Below, in pieces: positions 37,801 through 50,353 of a DNA stretch of 64,000 nucleotides. The DNA lies in the NCBI GenBank assembly GCA_030141605.1, contig JAQGDQ010000215.1:310314-374313 (forward strand). The letters run 5' to 3'. The position numbers and the translations under genes are program-made. This DNA is from Tubiluchus corallicola. Taxonomy: Eukaryota; Animalia; Priapulida. Within the stretch, counting starts at the first letter, position 1. Every line of letters begins with the position of its first letter. The notes below the pieces were generated by a model. It searched no databases and was not told the origin of the DNA. It saw nothing but the letters and a program-made list of their open reading frames with translations.

Positions 37801-38860
37801 CATCACAGATATTGTGGATGCGCCCAGTCCAGGCAAAGAAACGGCAAAAATCAGTATTGAACTGCGCGATAGACCTGCAATTTATTAAAATAACAGATCA
37901 CAAAAAGTGCTTAAGAACGTGCTAAAGGTTATTACTATTTAGACAAATAAAAAATTAGATTTAAGAAGACTGAAACACAAATTATTACTTAATGATTCTA
38001 GAGATTTGAAGCAATTCTAACCAATTTAAACTATTGACTAATTATTAAAGTAGATGGTGACTTACATTTATTGGTGACAACATTGGCTTGAAAATACAAC
38101 TAGTGACTCTTAAATTGTAGCAAAATAGACAAAGCAATGCAAGTATCACCAAACGGCATGATCAACATAGCGGCAACAGAAAATCTAACTGCGTGTAAAA
38201 ACAACTGTGATTGATAGGTGGCGTATACTACTAAAGCTTAGGTCACATGACTATATATATATATACACTTTCAGGAAATGCATGTTTGTAAAAATACGGA
38301 AAAAACAAATAACTATAGAATGCTAGATTAAATTGCTTGACACCAACAGATATCTTTCATCACTAAATGTCAGAGAACTATCACTTATTATCACAAAGAG
38401 CTTATGTTGAAATAAAAAAATTTCTGGACCTGTACTCATATTTTCATATTTTTACTGTAACTCCGTATACCCAGTGGCCATATTGGCCTTATTTTGACAA
38501 TTTGTTTAAAAATATTTGTTCAAATCTCTACAAACTTAAATACGTCGAATATGCAAAAAGATCTTATCAACACATCATTAGATATCAAAGCTACAGAGTC
38601 ATGGGAGTCTGCGGTTGACAGGGCAGCTTGGTCTAAAGTGATTAGGAGTGTCATGTTAGAGGTCGTGTGACTCCAGAGATGATGATGATAACGAATATGC
38701 AAACTAGAATAGCAATAAACGCTAACTTGTAAATTTTGCTGTTTCAGGGAAAATTGGTGATTGGAAAAATTACTTTACAGTTGCTGAAAGCGAAGCGTTC
38801 GATCAGCTTTACCATGAAAAAATGGCTGCAGTTTCAGGACTCGACTTTGAATTTGAGTAG
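32970..38860 (+). CDS. Cytosolic (SULT1-like) sulfotransferase, 6 coding exons, 318 aa
   Basis: Exons 32970-33135, 33854-34086, 34205-34340, 35004-35098, 36466-36679, 38748-38860 (957 nt, phases consistent). Motifs: [14 protein letters not shown] (5'-PSB), catalytic His in [20 protein letters not shown] (3'-PB), [32 protein letters not shown]. Intron 4 needs a GC donor. An acceptor at 32956 implies upstream exon(s), so the start is slightly uncertain. Confidence 0.93.
34735..34925. repeat. (GTT/GTC)n degenerate trinucleotide repeat
   Basis: Direct reading. Confidence 0.9.
35640..36254. mobile_element. PIF/Harbinger-like MITE, copy 1 (SULT intron 4)
   Basis: TTA|GGCCCATTTCACAGCGAG ... CTCAATGTGAAAGGGGCC|TAA: TIRs with TWA flanks; interior matches 63180-63898 in reverse orientation. 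Confidence 0.8.
36722..37097. mobile_element. MITE with long imperfect TIRs (SULT intron 5)
   Basis: CAATAAACTTTTTCGCAGTT vs AACTGTGAAAAGGCTTATTG, and GTCAAAGATTAAGTGTACCACAGCAACG vs CGTTGCCTGGTACACTTAACCTTTGAC, are inverted pairs. Confidence 0.72.
36831..38098 (+). repeat. 1.27-kb segment duplicated at 42132-43423 (probable donor copy); includes a 14-bp tandem repeat (CATAACCTAGATGT)
   Basis: Colinear, highly similar sequence from TAAAGCAAAGCCGTCTGCC to TTGGCTTGAAAATACAA in both places. Confidence 0.95.
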
Positions 38861-40199
38861 AAGACGAACTCTTATAAATTTATAATAAAAGATATTTTAA
38901 GTACGCAAAGGTTTTAAATCAGCATCATGTCGTGTGCACTAAAAATCAACTGTTCTCAAATTAGCTGAAACTGTGTTTAATTGCGCTTATGCTACATTAT
39001 AATGTCATAGAACATACGCTTAGTATATCCAAAGATACAGACTAGGCAAAGTCTATACCATGGTTAATAAATCAACTTACACACTGCTTGTATACGCCCC
39101 GATAGCAGACCTGTGCAAACAAATGACGACGTTCAGTACTGGTTCAGGCTAAAACAAATAACTGAACCACACATTTTATAGAGCACAGTATTGAATAATT
39201 GTAGGAGTAATCTGTCAATAAAAGATTGAGACAATCAGTTAATATTATGACACTTTATTGCTGGCTACGCCACTAAATTTCCGCGCGGTTAAAAAATGCG
39301 TGTCTAACTAGCAAATGGATGGATGACCAACAACTGTATTGCTCGTTGGTAGCTTCATTCGCCGCTTATAGTGCTCACAGCCATTTCTGAATACGCAACA
39401 GAACGTGGCTAAGACACCTCTGGCAAATCAGAGGATTAGCTAGATGAGCTAGAGGCCAGACTTACAAGAACAAGTTGAATTAGATTATTCCTGCTATTGT
39501 TGTGTAATTGTTATTATTAACTTGTTATTGTCTGTAGTGCTGCTATCATTGTTATTAGGTTTATTGTTATTATAAGTGTGTCGTGGCTACAATGCACAAA
39601 TTCAATAGCTTATATATATACATACATAACACATACATTCACTATATACCAAAGTAAATAGCATTACTTACCCTATTATATCTGATGTAATTGTAACGCA
39701 ACAGTATGTGTGAATATTTACTCATGTGATATGTAAAGATAAATATTTGTATACTATATACATTGGTATATTCATAATGCAAAGTCTAGACTAGAATGTA
39801 AACTATTGCGTCAACAAGTCTATAAACATGGGTACAGTGGTTCACGTGTGCTCTGACACGGTTTCTGCCTAGACTTCTTATACTGTTCTCATTTAACACA
39901 GCCAGTGAGCAGAGAACTGGATTAACAGATAAATTTATGTTACAATAGAGGGTATGTATCAACAACACACAAAGTTGGAATGAGATTTTCTAGCCAAGGT
40001 TAATATTTGTTTCAATGCTTTTCGTTATTCAGTAAATAGCGTCGTCATGCAGTTCTTTGATAAATCATTAACTGAGGAAATACGTAGAAGGAGCAGCAGT
40101 AAGCGTTAAACAATTTAAGCATTACTCGTTTATCTGTCACTAACTTAAAGGAGCACAAAATAGCATTTTACAGACGAAACAAATTCTTTTTAAATCTTA

Positions 40200-41412
40200 G
40201 AACATCAGCAATTTCATCAGGGTTTGATGTTAGTTTGTGACCCAAACGACACAGTTCCATGGTCCAATTTAACACTGCACCATTAACTATAATTCTAGGT
40301 AAATTAATTAAGTTCTGGTTGTTTGTAAATTAAATACACTTTGTTTTACACGAGTTTAAGAAAGTTACGCTATGCTTGTCAGCATACTGGATGCTTATTA
40401 CACGAGTTAAGAAAGTTATGCTAAGCTTGTCCGCATACTGGATGCATATACTGAGCATTGATTAAAGGCAGATTGCAGGGGGTGCCAGCAGGGTTACATC
40501 ATCTGCATACCCCAGAGCACCAGCGTAAGTGTTCAGCAAGTGACATCCAAGCTTGTGCCGATTAACAGACATTACTAGACATCTATATAATATGGTGAAC
40601 AAAATTCCAAACCGGACACTACCTTGGCATATTCCATTGGTTGTCGTGAAAGCGAAAGACTTAGTATTGTCCCACTGAATGCTCACATTTTGGTTTAAGT
40701 AAATACTTCACATTAGTACAAAAACACGTTTTGGAAGGTTACAGTTTCTTTTTCTTGTTTTCAAAACAGCTTTCCAATGTTCACATTGCCGATGAGGCAA
40801 CAGCACACGGGCGAATTCTTTACCACATAATAGTTTACAGTTTCTTTCAATATTAACGTACACGGATCTGTTGAGCAGCTTTTCATGTAGACATATTGCA
40901 AATCGCAGCTTGTAAGATCGTCTCGAAATTTATTGAGCATGATCCAGTCTATGAATTTCAATATACATGACGTCAGGGCAATACTCTATAGTATGATTTT
41001 TCATTTAGCTTCTTACAAAGATCTTCTATTCTAGGCGTGATGGTACTGGCACTGATTGCCTGTGGACAATATCCATGTCTTAGCATGGCATTCACCAGGA
41101 ATTTTAGACGAATGTTTAACATTCTTGAACCATTTATCGCTGGACAGACCTATAGTGAGCCGTCCAGTTTACTTAGTTTCAGCTTAGAGACAGCAGAAGT
41201 TATGTCACTTATCGATACTGAAACTTCATTGCACTGTTCTTCTCCATAGCCAAGCTTATTATACGTATTGTTTATTCCTTCATAGCTTGTGCCAACGCTG
41301 TTATGTAGTGTCTGGTAATTGTGAGTAAAGTCGTTAGCAATATCTTTTGGATTATCCTTGCCATCAATGCTTGTGCCATCGCAGTTTTTTCATTTTTCCC
41401 TGTTATAGTATA
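40200..41412 (-). mobile_element. Decayed LINE ORF2, reverse transcriptase part
   Basis: Minus-strand fragments DLQY...STDPCTLILKETVNYY, TNGICQGS and YAGALGYADDVTLLAP (RT YADD box), with frameshifts and stops. Confidence 0.88.
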
Positions 41413-43509
41413 GGGCGCCGAGTAACCCACTAGCCGAAGTAGGACACTTCCGGTAAAAGGTAAATTTGCGGAAAAGCAGTGCCGGACATGAGCAGCCCAG
41501 GTAGGGCACATGCGATTTCTGTCAAGAATTGAGATTTATGACATAATAAAGCATAAAAGTAAATTTGTTTTAGAAAAAAGTAACTTTATAATAATGATGA
41601 ATAGTCCTTGACGATTTACAGATGTATTTTTTACAACAATATCATCATTATTATTAGCTCCATTAATATCATCATAATATTAAACTAAGTATCTGATGCT
41701 TTAAAGAGAGAAACTATGTAGGGCACATAACTCGCTAACCTGTTTACTTAGTAGAAAACAATTATTTGTCCAAGAGGGAGTGAAAAGGATCACCTGCCTG
41801 TGAAGCAAGACAAAATAAAAAAATGCAATACCGTAAGCAAATGTTGCAATCGCCTGAAAAGTGCACTTATTTCACTTCAAAGAAGATTAATATTGGCAAA
41901 TATTTATTCTTCTAGCTTAGAATAAAATACTTTTATTTTATCAGATGTATAATAAATTATTCAACATGTATTGACGTTTTTAATTATTATTATCACATAA
42001 ACAAGGACAACGGAAGGTGCCAGTATGCTTAACTACTCAATTCGCGACTTGTCTCTAGTGTCCTACTTGCGCAGCCCATGTACGACGCGTCCTACTTGGG
42101 CTAGCCCATGTCATGTCATGTCAATGTCATGTAAAGCAAAGCCGTCTGCCGCATCAGTTCAGCAAACTTCATTTGTTTTACGTAGACTTCAGTTAGTTAT
42201 GCATTAGTCTAGGGTGATTTACTAGCAGAACTTGCTTGGGAACAAGAAAAAATGAATCAGGTAAGGTTCTAATTAAGTGTTAAAACGGTTGCCATTACAA
42301 TAACACAGGCTGCGAGGCGTTGTTAAGTGTACACAAATGCGTTGTCTGGTACACTTAACCTTTGACCTTTTCACGATCATCAGGAATCGCTGGACCTGTG
42401 AAAAGGTTTATTGGGAAACTGCGTGCCCAGTATCCAGGTCCTAAATTTTACATAACGGGTAATAGCTATACGATTATGTTATTTCTCAAGTTTCTGAAGT
42501 TGTTATTGGTGTAGAACATTATGAACGAGTTTGGAGGGTTATTCTGTTACCAAATCTGAAGATTTTTGTGATGATTGCGATTATATATTATAAGGACAGA
42601 ACTGGATAAAATAGAAAATGTCAGCTCAAAATTATGATAAGTTATCACTAATACACGGTGCATATTTTTAAAAAACATGAGGCCCATTTTCCCGGCCATT
42701 TCATCACCAGAATCAGATTGGTAATGTATTATTACAATTACCCATTGAAGATCAGATGATGTATTAATTGAAACCTTTTTATTACTGCTTGTATGGAAGA
42801 TGCTCTTACATAACTCTTTACTGGTTTTTAATCGCCGACAGTTTATTTATAAAAATCCTTTTTCTGCTGCTTCTCATAACCTAGATGTCAATCTAGATGT
42901 CATAACCTAGATGTCATAACCTAGATGTCATAACCTAGATGTCATAGCCTAGATGTCATAACCTCGATGTCATAATATAGACATTCCTAGATGTAGAGCA
43001 ACGGCTTATATTTTTCCTCGAGTTTTTTTGTCCTCTCTTCCGTTTTTCTAGCTTTTTGTCTTTCCCACCCTGCAGCTTTTAACTACCAGGAAACAGGTTC
43101 CCTGAAAACTACAACTTCATTTGATTCTAGAAGAATGTTCATCACAGATATTGTGGATGCGCCCAGTCCAGGCAAAGAAACGGCAAAAATCAGTACTGAA
43201 CTGCGCGATGGACCTGCAATTTATTAAAATAACAGATCACAAAAAGTGCTTAAGAACGTGCTAAAGGTTATTACTATTTAGACAAATAAAAAATTAGATT
43301 TAAGAAGACTGAAACACAAATTATTACTTAATGATTCTAGAGATTTGAAGCAATTCTCTAGCCAATTTAAACTATTAACTACTTATTAAAGTAGATGGTG
43401 ACAACTTTGGCTTGAAAATACAAATGCTAGCCCATGTACGACACGTCCTACTTGAGCTATCCCATGTATGCCAATTGTCCTACTTTGGCTAGTGGGTTAC
43501 TCAGCGCCC
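41413..43509. mobile_element. Non-autonomous TIR DNA element inserted in the LINE, itself carrying a 1.3-kb genomic insertion
   Basis: 34-bp TIRs GGGCGCCGAGTAACCCACTAGCCGAAGTAGGACA (41413) and TGTCCTACTTTGGCTAGTGGGTTACTCAGCGCCC (ends 43509), 2 mismatches; no clear TSD. Confidence 0.8.
42132..43423 (+). repeat. Duplicate of SULT intron 5 segment 36831-38098
   Basis: Colinear match; flanked by GCTAGCCCATGT at 42100-42111 and 43426-43437. Confidence 0.95.
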
Positions 43510-44000
43510 AACAATATTATTATTATACATGATGGCAAATTCAGGGTTATTTTGTTGAACAAAGCCTTAAGTCAACTGACAGTTGACCTGGCCATTATTT
43601 CGTGTCTGATCACAATTAAAATCGCCACCCAGTATCACATGAATATAATAGTTGTTTGATTTCCTGGATGCTGTTAAGAGTATCTCCAAAGTCACAGCTC
43701 ACGTTAACTGGGTAACTATCAGTTTGCATGTAGCAATTTATTAACACTTTACTGAACACGTTTCAGAATTCTATTTCAGCAGCAGATAATCTATTACAAT
43801 TGCAGTTATTGGTTGTAATATGCCCGCTTAGGTGCTTTTTCCATACGATTCTAGTCCTGCCATAGTGTCTTTGTTGAATTGACATTGGCACAATTAAGTC
43901 ACCTTTTTGCAAATTTCACAGCCGCAATTTAATTACACCAGACGTACTAGTCTTTTTGCCATAAGTGAATTGTTTTTTCTGCGTGAAATTGTTTTAATTA
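43510..44000 (-). mobile_element. Decayed LINE ORF2, AP-endonuclease part (same element as 40200-41412)
   Basis: Minus-strand translation gives RHYGRTRIVWKK (about 43830-43870, cf. GRPYGG.AI.W.K) and HVILGGDFNCD (about 43607-43640). Confidence 0.75.
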
Positions 44001-44200
44001 ACTAGCCTACAGTCTTGGACTTGACAATTCTGCACGCATTTCTTTCTGAAAGGTGGCGAGCGGAAGCTCATTTTTATAGCAAATTCGGTTTGAATTGAAC
44101 TAATCAATAATAATTGGAATTTAAAGGTTTTCCTCCTGGCCTTGGTTATCTGTGAGCAAGCCAATACGAAGTAATTAGCAAGGCCTCGCAATAAGTCTAA

Positions 44201-47200
44201 ATGAGTGCGGTAGCTAATATTGGAGGTAAAATTACCGTGTTAACTACAAAATTTTAGTGCAGCAAATTAATGCAATCATTCGCACGATAAAAAGTTTACT
44301 CAGCATGTGCTTCATACAAACTAGTTGGAGGAGGTGTACAGATGTAGTTATCAATAATCTGTGCGATTGCGATTGCGATTGCGATACTCGACTCTCTCCA
44401 CCTATCCGAGGCGGGCACCTTTATAGGGTGCAAAGTCTCTTCTTCTTTAACGCTGATCTTTTATTTGTCTTTTCCAAGTTTAATGTCTTTATTTGTCTTT
44501 ATCCTGTATTCCATACATTCGTTCACTAGATTTCTAATTTCTAGCAATCCTTCCTTTTCACTGTTCATTAATACTTCTGAGTTCAAAATTTTTTTCCATT
44601 CTCAGCATACAACACTTTTCTCAGAAAAACAAATTCTGAAATTGCTTATTTGAAATGTTGGGCTATGATTTATTTTTGCTGTACTATGCGTTTTTCTGTT
44701 TCTAAATGTTTAGTCTGATATTCAGAATTGAGAGAAGCCTACAGGCCACCAGAAGATGCTTTCAAAGAGGATGAACTAGTCAGAAAAGAACCATTTGCTC
44801 AATTTGAAAGTTGGTATGAAGAAGCAAAGCACTGTGGAAAAGTCCAGCTACCTATATATATGCATTTAGCTACTTGTGATAAGTAAGTTGTGATATGACT
44901 ATAGCAGAATCTTTTCTTCTAAAGTGCTATATGCAACAAAAAAACAACTATGTTGAGGAATGGCATAGCAGAAACCACACGGCTTTTTTAGCAAAAGCCA
45001 AACAATCAAAAAGACCCCTTTATGATTATACTTAAAAGTTGATGACTAAAGTTACTATATTGTGTAGCAATTAGTTAACAGAACTGAGTAGAAATTCTGA
45101 AAATTTGTATGGAGGTTAGAAAGAAATGATCGCAAAAGGGATCACGTAAAATTATGATAAATTACCACATAAATTAACTGATTGGCATACGTCAATGGTA
45201 GAGTGCTCTCTTCCCACCCAGGAGGCGTGGGTTCAACTCCTGACCGAGTGACGATATCGTTGGTTCTTCGACCAAGCACGTAGATTTATCGAAGTAACAT
45301 GAGGCCAATAATAATCGAGATCTCCTTGGAAATAAGTATTGAGTTACTTAAGGTGTTATCCCTGGTCTGCGCCTTAAAAGAAATTATCATTATTGTTGGA
45401 GAAAAGGGCTGCAGACATTTTTGAGGTGACAAAGTTTGATTGCGATAGTGATCATGATCATTACAACCCTGAACACAATGTATAGGTCTTGGTTATAATT
45501 TGTAATACTCAAAAACTAATTGATTGTCAGTGTATTTAATTTCGTGGTGTGGGCTTTCAAGTGGAATTTATGTTATTTTTGTTAGTGTACATTTATTTCA
45601 GAGCTGGCAGACCATCTGTGAGACCCGTTCAACTATCAGACTTTAACAAAGAAGGTTTTGTTTTCTTTACAAGTGAATCCAGTCGGAAAGCTAAAGATAT
45701 AGTAAGTCCAAGATAATAAAAAACTATGTAACTTTCAGTTCAAATGACAAAATGATTACTAATTAGATATTTAGAAAACCTATATAAATAGTTGTTAAAA
45801 TTTTCTTATTGTCTCCTGGTGGTCACTTTTGTGAAAAGCTCACTTTAGCCTGTATGTGGCTTGGTGATTATTTATAAGCCAGCAATATGTTTGCCAATTA
45901 GCCATTTCTTCTGTTCTAAACTATTGTAATGTAGCCTTTTTTCATATGCTTGCTAACTACTTTGACCCTTTCACTATGGAAGGCGGTACACTGTCGCCTA
46001 TGTTTTTCATGCAAGGGACGGAAGGCGGCAGATTGCCGCCCAAGCACAGTCACCCAGGTCTGTTTGTTTCACTGCTACGCTAAGTAATATGACTTTTGCA
46101 TAAATTGGCTTCTAAATATTAGTGTGTACTTATTTGTGAGGGTTTGAGCTTGAATGCATATATGTGTGTGCACGTGTATAAATAAAACTAATATTCAATA
46201 TTAGTGTTTAATAACAAATGGCTATTTGTTTATTTACAAGATCCTGTTTTAGTAACATACCACAAGAAGTTATTGTCAAATGTGCAAAAAGCTAATGCAG
46301 CCCTGTTAAAAGCAACTACATAGTGAAAGGGTTAAATTGACTTGGAAAGACCAAGAAGAAAATGCATAAAACAGTTGGTAAGAATAATGAACATAGATGT
46401 GATTGTTGGCCTTACTGTTTTGTATGATGATATGTTACTGAAGATATTAAAGAAAATTATGGCAGATAACTTTCATCTTCTGTGTGAAGAATTCTTGTTT
46501 CTCCCGCACATAAGTAAGATTAGATGTACCCTTTTCAAGTCTAAATTGCTTTTTTTCCACTTCAATCAAAACATTTAATAATAGCTGAACACCTTAAACA
46601 CGTTTCAATTTTTTAGCTTCATTTTAGTTGTAACATTTAGTTTTGCATGTACAATTGAATTTAATTACAGTTGCAAACTTGTGCAAATTGTTTCTTAACT
46701 AGTTTGTGCAAAGCATAAAGAAAATTTATGTACGTATGCATAAAGAAAAATGTATACAAATACTATAGTATATATGATCAACAAAGATGTCTATGTCTAT
46801 GTGTATTAGCAATAGCATAGTTATACCTTCTTAAATTAGTGGGAATAGCATAAGGATAGAATCAAAGCTGTACAGTTTATGAGTAAAGTCAAAGTTCAAA
46901 ATCCATGCTTGATCATTGTTACAAAATAAGTTATGTTGTTCGATGTTAAATGAGTTAATATCTACAATTAATATCTACGTAACTGATTGACAGCAAAAGA
47001 ATTCTACAGTCACGTCACTGATGTGAACTTAGCTGATTTCCATCTGTAAAGTAATGAACAAGATAGCGTGTTCATCTGCTGCTTGCTTACACAATTTCAA
47101 AAACATTATAAAAGAATATAAATATGTAACTAAGCCATTGTTAGTTTACCGACGACGTGTTCACACCAAGAAAACTTGCTAGTCTGAACATTGTTACTGA

Positions 47201-49742
47201 GCTGAGAAACAAATTCCGTTGAATCGAACCCAAGACGGTAGTATTCAAAGCCATGGCTTGTAGCTTTAATGGTGACAGGTACAGTCAGCATTTTGAGTAA
47301 ATAATTGTGTTTTTCTGCTTTCAGGAGGAGAATCCTTTTTGTGCAATAACGTTTTATTGGGACATTCTTAGACGAAGTGTGAGTTTCTAACATACATTAA
47401 ATTAAGTTTGTTACCAACTTTTGTACATTAGCAGTTTCGTTCTTCTTAAATTGAGTAGAACAAAGTGTTTATCAAGTGGGACTTCTACTTGAAACAAAGT
47501 ACTAATAAGATTGGATGTTTTTAAATACCCTGCCAATGAGAATCAGGCTAAGAGTGACTTGTTGTCTGTGAGAATTAATTGCAGATCAAATATTGACCAG
47601 AACATAAGAGGCTCAAGTCTTAAGATTCTAAATCTTATTGAAGTGACTAGTATCTTTTCTTCACGTATACGTGCCTAAGAAAGCCACAAACCTGTATCCT
47701 ATGATAAAACCAGTTTTTCAAATTAATGATTGTGGCAGGACCAATACCTATCTGACTATCAATGGTGATTATCTATACTCTCGTAGAGAGAAACCGACAG
47801 AGGTATCCATCTACCCACCATCTTTCCGTGCACAAGAGAATTAGCTGGCAGTGGTATGGCAGGTATTCCTGCACAGAACCATTTCTCCTGGTAATCACTC
47901 ATTCTTGCACTAAACATGTCCAGCATGCTTAACTTTGGATATTATCTCTCTTTTCCGAATGCTTAACCATTTTCCTAGCAAATTGAGAAAGTGGGAAGCG
48001 AAGGTACGCGTTGCAAAATTTCTACACTTCACTCAGAAGTTCAGTTATTCTCGTGTTGTATTTAACTGTGTTTAAGTAAAAATTGGTCACTGGATCAATT
48101 ATGACCAAATTTAAAGTGGTTACAGTCAACCTCGGATATAAAGGACACTTCCGGACCAGAAAAAATCGTCCCTTATATCCGATGTCCCTTATAGCCGCAG
48201 TTGAGTCAGACTGAGGGTGTATCTAGACCTGTACTTTTCTGTACTTTTACCCATATTTTTATGGATTATTGTTACACATTCAGTGCAAACAGTATGCAGG
48301 AAGCTCCTTCCATGATGCGAGACGGATGTGACCATGGAAACCGTGCTGTTCGAAGGCCGAGTTTGCGAAAAATTGAGGTTAAAAATCAATCAATTTCACT
48401 TTGATCAGAGGGTCCCTTATACGCGAGGCAATTTACCTGGGTTTCTATTACACGGGACCTGAAGATATCGTCCCTTAAACCGAAAGTCCCTTATATCCGA
48501 GTATCTTATATACGAAAATTTTTATAAGGAAAAATGCTACGAAAAATCGGGACCGGTGTTGGTGGACCCTTATAGGCAAATGTCCTTTATAAGTGAGTAC
48601 CTTATACACAAGGTTGACTGTACATAGCTTTAATCCACAGGATTATATCTTAAAATGTGCAAATAATATACATTAATTGTTTAAATAATTAGTTTGCAGA
48701 TTTTTGTTGACTTTAATGTATGCCTGCAAACTTGCGAGCATATAGTATGTGCTGGATGGGTTACTTTGTTTATAAAGTTCACTCTACAAGACAAAAAAAG
48801 ATTGCTGAAGCATCTGGTAGAATAACTGTTTATATTGCACGGGAACTAGACGTGCCATGTTTCATTCAAAATAAGCGCACAGAAGCGTAAAGTGATCGCA
48901 ACTTTTACTTGATTTTACTAATTACATAAGGTGCTTATCACAATCTCACTGCTGAAACTTTCTAACATTTTTCCTGAATATTAAGATAAATTCAACTTCC
49001 CGAAAGACTTTGCTTCTGCTTTAAGCAGAGTTGGTTTCATGAATTCTGACGTTTGCTGCTTGTATTATTCAATTGCAAGGTATTCATTACAATTATACAG
49101 GTGCGCATTGAAGGAAAGGCTCAAAAGATGTCGGAGGCAAATGCACAAAAATTTTGGGGAACACCCACTCTTAGCCACATCGCTGCTTGTTGCAGTAAAC
49201 AGGACATTCTGCTGAAAAGTCGACAGGTGCAGTTTTGTCTTTTTCTTGCATTTATGTTTATGCAACTTGTGTGAGTAAACAAACCTTCATTTGTTTAATC
49301 GTTTTTATAGGCAATTGCAGTCACATTCGGGTTTCATTGAAATAAAATTGCTCCTTTATTAACTGTTCACTTATCATGCTTATTTTTTCAGAAATTAGAG
49401 GAAGAATACAAAGACCTAATGCGCAATTATCCTGAAGATGCTATTGCTCCCATTCCAGATAGTTGGTGGGTTTTCTATTATTTGTGGCTCAGTGTTGCAG
49501 TAAATTGAATTAAATTCTCATAATTTTGTTTTGAGTAAATCACTGAATGATTTCTGTTTACTCAACATTGTTACAGGCATGGATACTTAGTCATTCCTGA
49601 AATGTTTGAGTTCTGGCAAGGACAATCCAATCGTCTTCACGACAGAATTTGCTTTAAAAGAGCTTCTTGCATCGAAAAATTTGACTCAGAGGTCATGAGG
49701 GAAGGAGAAGATGGCTGGACTTATTGGAGAATGTTTCCATAA
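44201..49742 (+). CDS. PNPO: Pyridoxine/pyridoxamine 5'-phosphate oxidase family protein (divergent), 7 coding exons, 233 aa
   Basis: Exons 44201-44225 (MSAVANIG, least certain), 44726-44882 ([19 protein letters not shown]), 45602-45701 (GRPSVR..GFVFFT..SRK), 47325-47378 ([10 protein letters not shown]), 49101-49226 (VRIEG), 49392-49465, 49577-49742 ([23 protein letters not shown]). All GT-AG, 702 nt in frame. Confidence 0.9.
45184..45365 (+). mobile_element. tRNA-derived SINE (tRNA-Gly-like head) in PNPO-like intron 2
   Basis: A-box-like TCAATGGTAGAGTG, TTCCCAC anticodon-loop-like segment and B box GGTTCAACTCC, followed by non-tRNA body; acceptor stem not intact. Confidence 0.6.
45966..46331. 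mobile_element. piggyBac-like MITE
   Basis: TTGA|CCCTTTCACTATG ... CATAGTGAAAGGG|TTAA: perfect 13-bp TIRs and a TTAA-type target with one mismatch. Confidence 0.85.
46340..46802 (+). mobile_element. Possible LINE (Rex1/Babar-like) 3' remnant
   Basis: Translation [19 protein letters not shown]...RCTLFKS resembles the I..D..HPL...F..LP ORF2 end; short ATGTCT-repeat tail near 46790. Confidence 0.4.
48123..48620. mobile_element. Tc1/mariner (pogo/Tigger-like) MITE
   Basis: TA|CAGTCAACCTCGGATATAA ... TTATACACAAGGTTGACTG|TA; internal repeated GTCCCTTATATCCGA motifs. Confidence 0.88.
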
Positions 49743-50353
49743 AAGTTTTAATTTGAAACTTAGAACATTTTAATTGCAACGTAAGAAAACGAATCTAAAG
49801 TTTGAAGCACTCTACACAGTTCACCTGAAATTATGCAATTGTTAAGGTGGGGAAAAGGAGAGCATGACACGATATATCAGGAAATTTTACAATGTAATTA
49901 TGTGGTGCATCGTGTGGTGCACTTTGATTATAGTTAAACTAATTTTAAATGAAGATGAGAGCACTCACTAATTATCTTTTATCGGGTTACTTGTTAAATT
50001 TTATCAAGAACTCCTTACATTGTCATCTCAAACTTTGCCTCTGTTCACCCATTCCATTTAGTAAAGGGTATTAGAAATGTATTCATGTTGAAAATTGAAA
50101 TGTTTGTTGTTGTTGTTTGTTTGTTATTAATGGTTGGTAAACAATGTGTTTACAGGTGCGATTGAGTAAGAAATTTCATTTTGTGGACTTTTTGATTCTT
50201 ATAGCAAAATCTGTTTCTTCACTACTTGGATCATTGTACTGCATCAGCAAAAGGCTTATTATCAAAAGTTTTTTCGACCTTTAGTTCCAATGGGTCATTA
50301 GCACGTGCAGTTGTGCATTTGCAAGCCCATGCTATATAATTGAACTAGCTTAA

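Noticed and set aside
45184-45255. Functional tRNA-Gly gene
   Set aside because: A and B boxes are present but the acceptor stem does not pair and a SINE-like body follows.
50150-50170. TACAGGTGCGATTGA resembles the start of PNPO-like exon 5
   Set aside because: The match is about 15 nt and downstream sequence shows no further similarity; probably chance.
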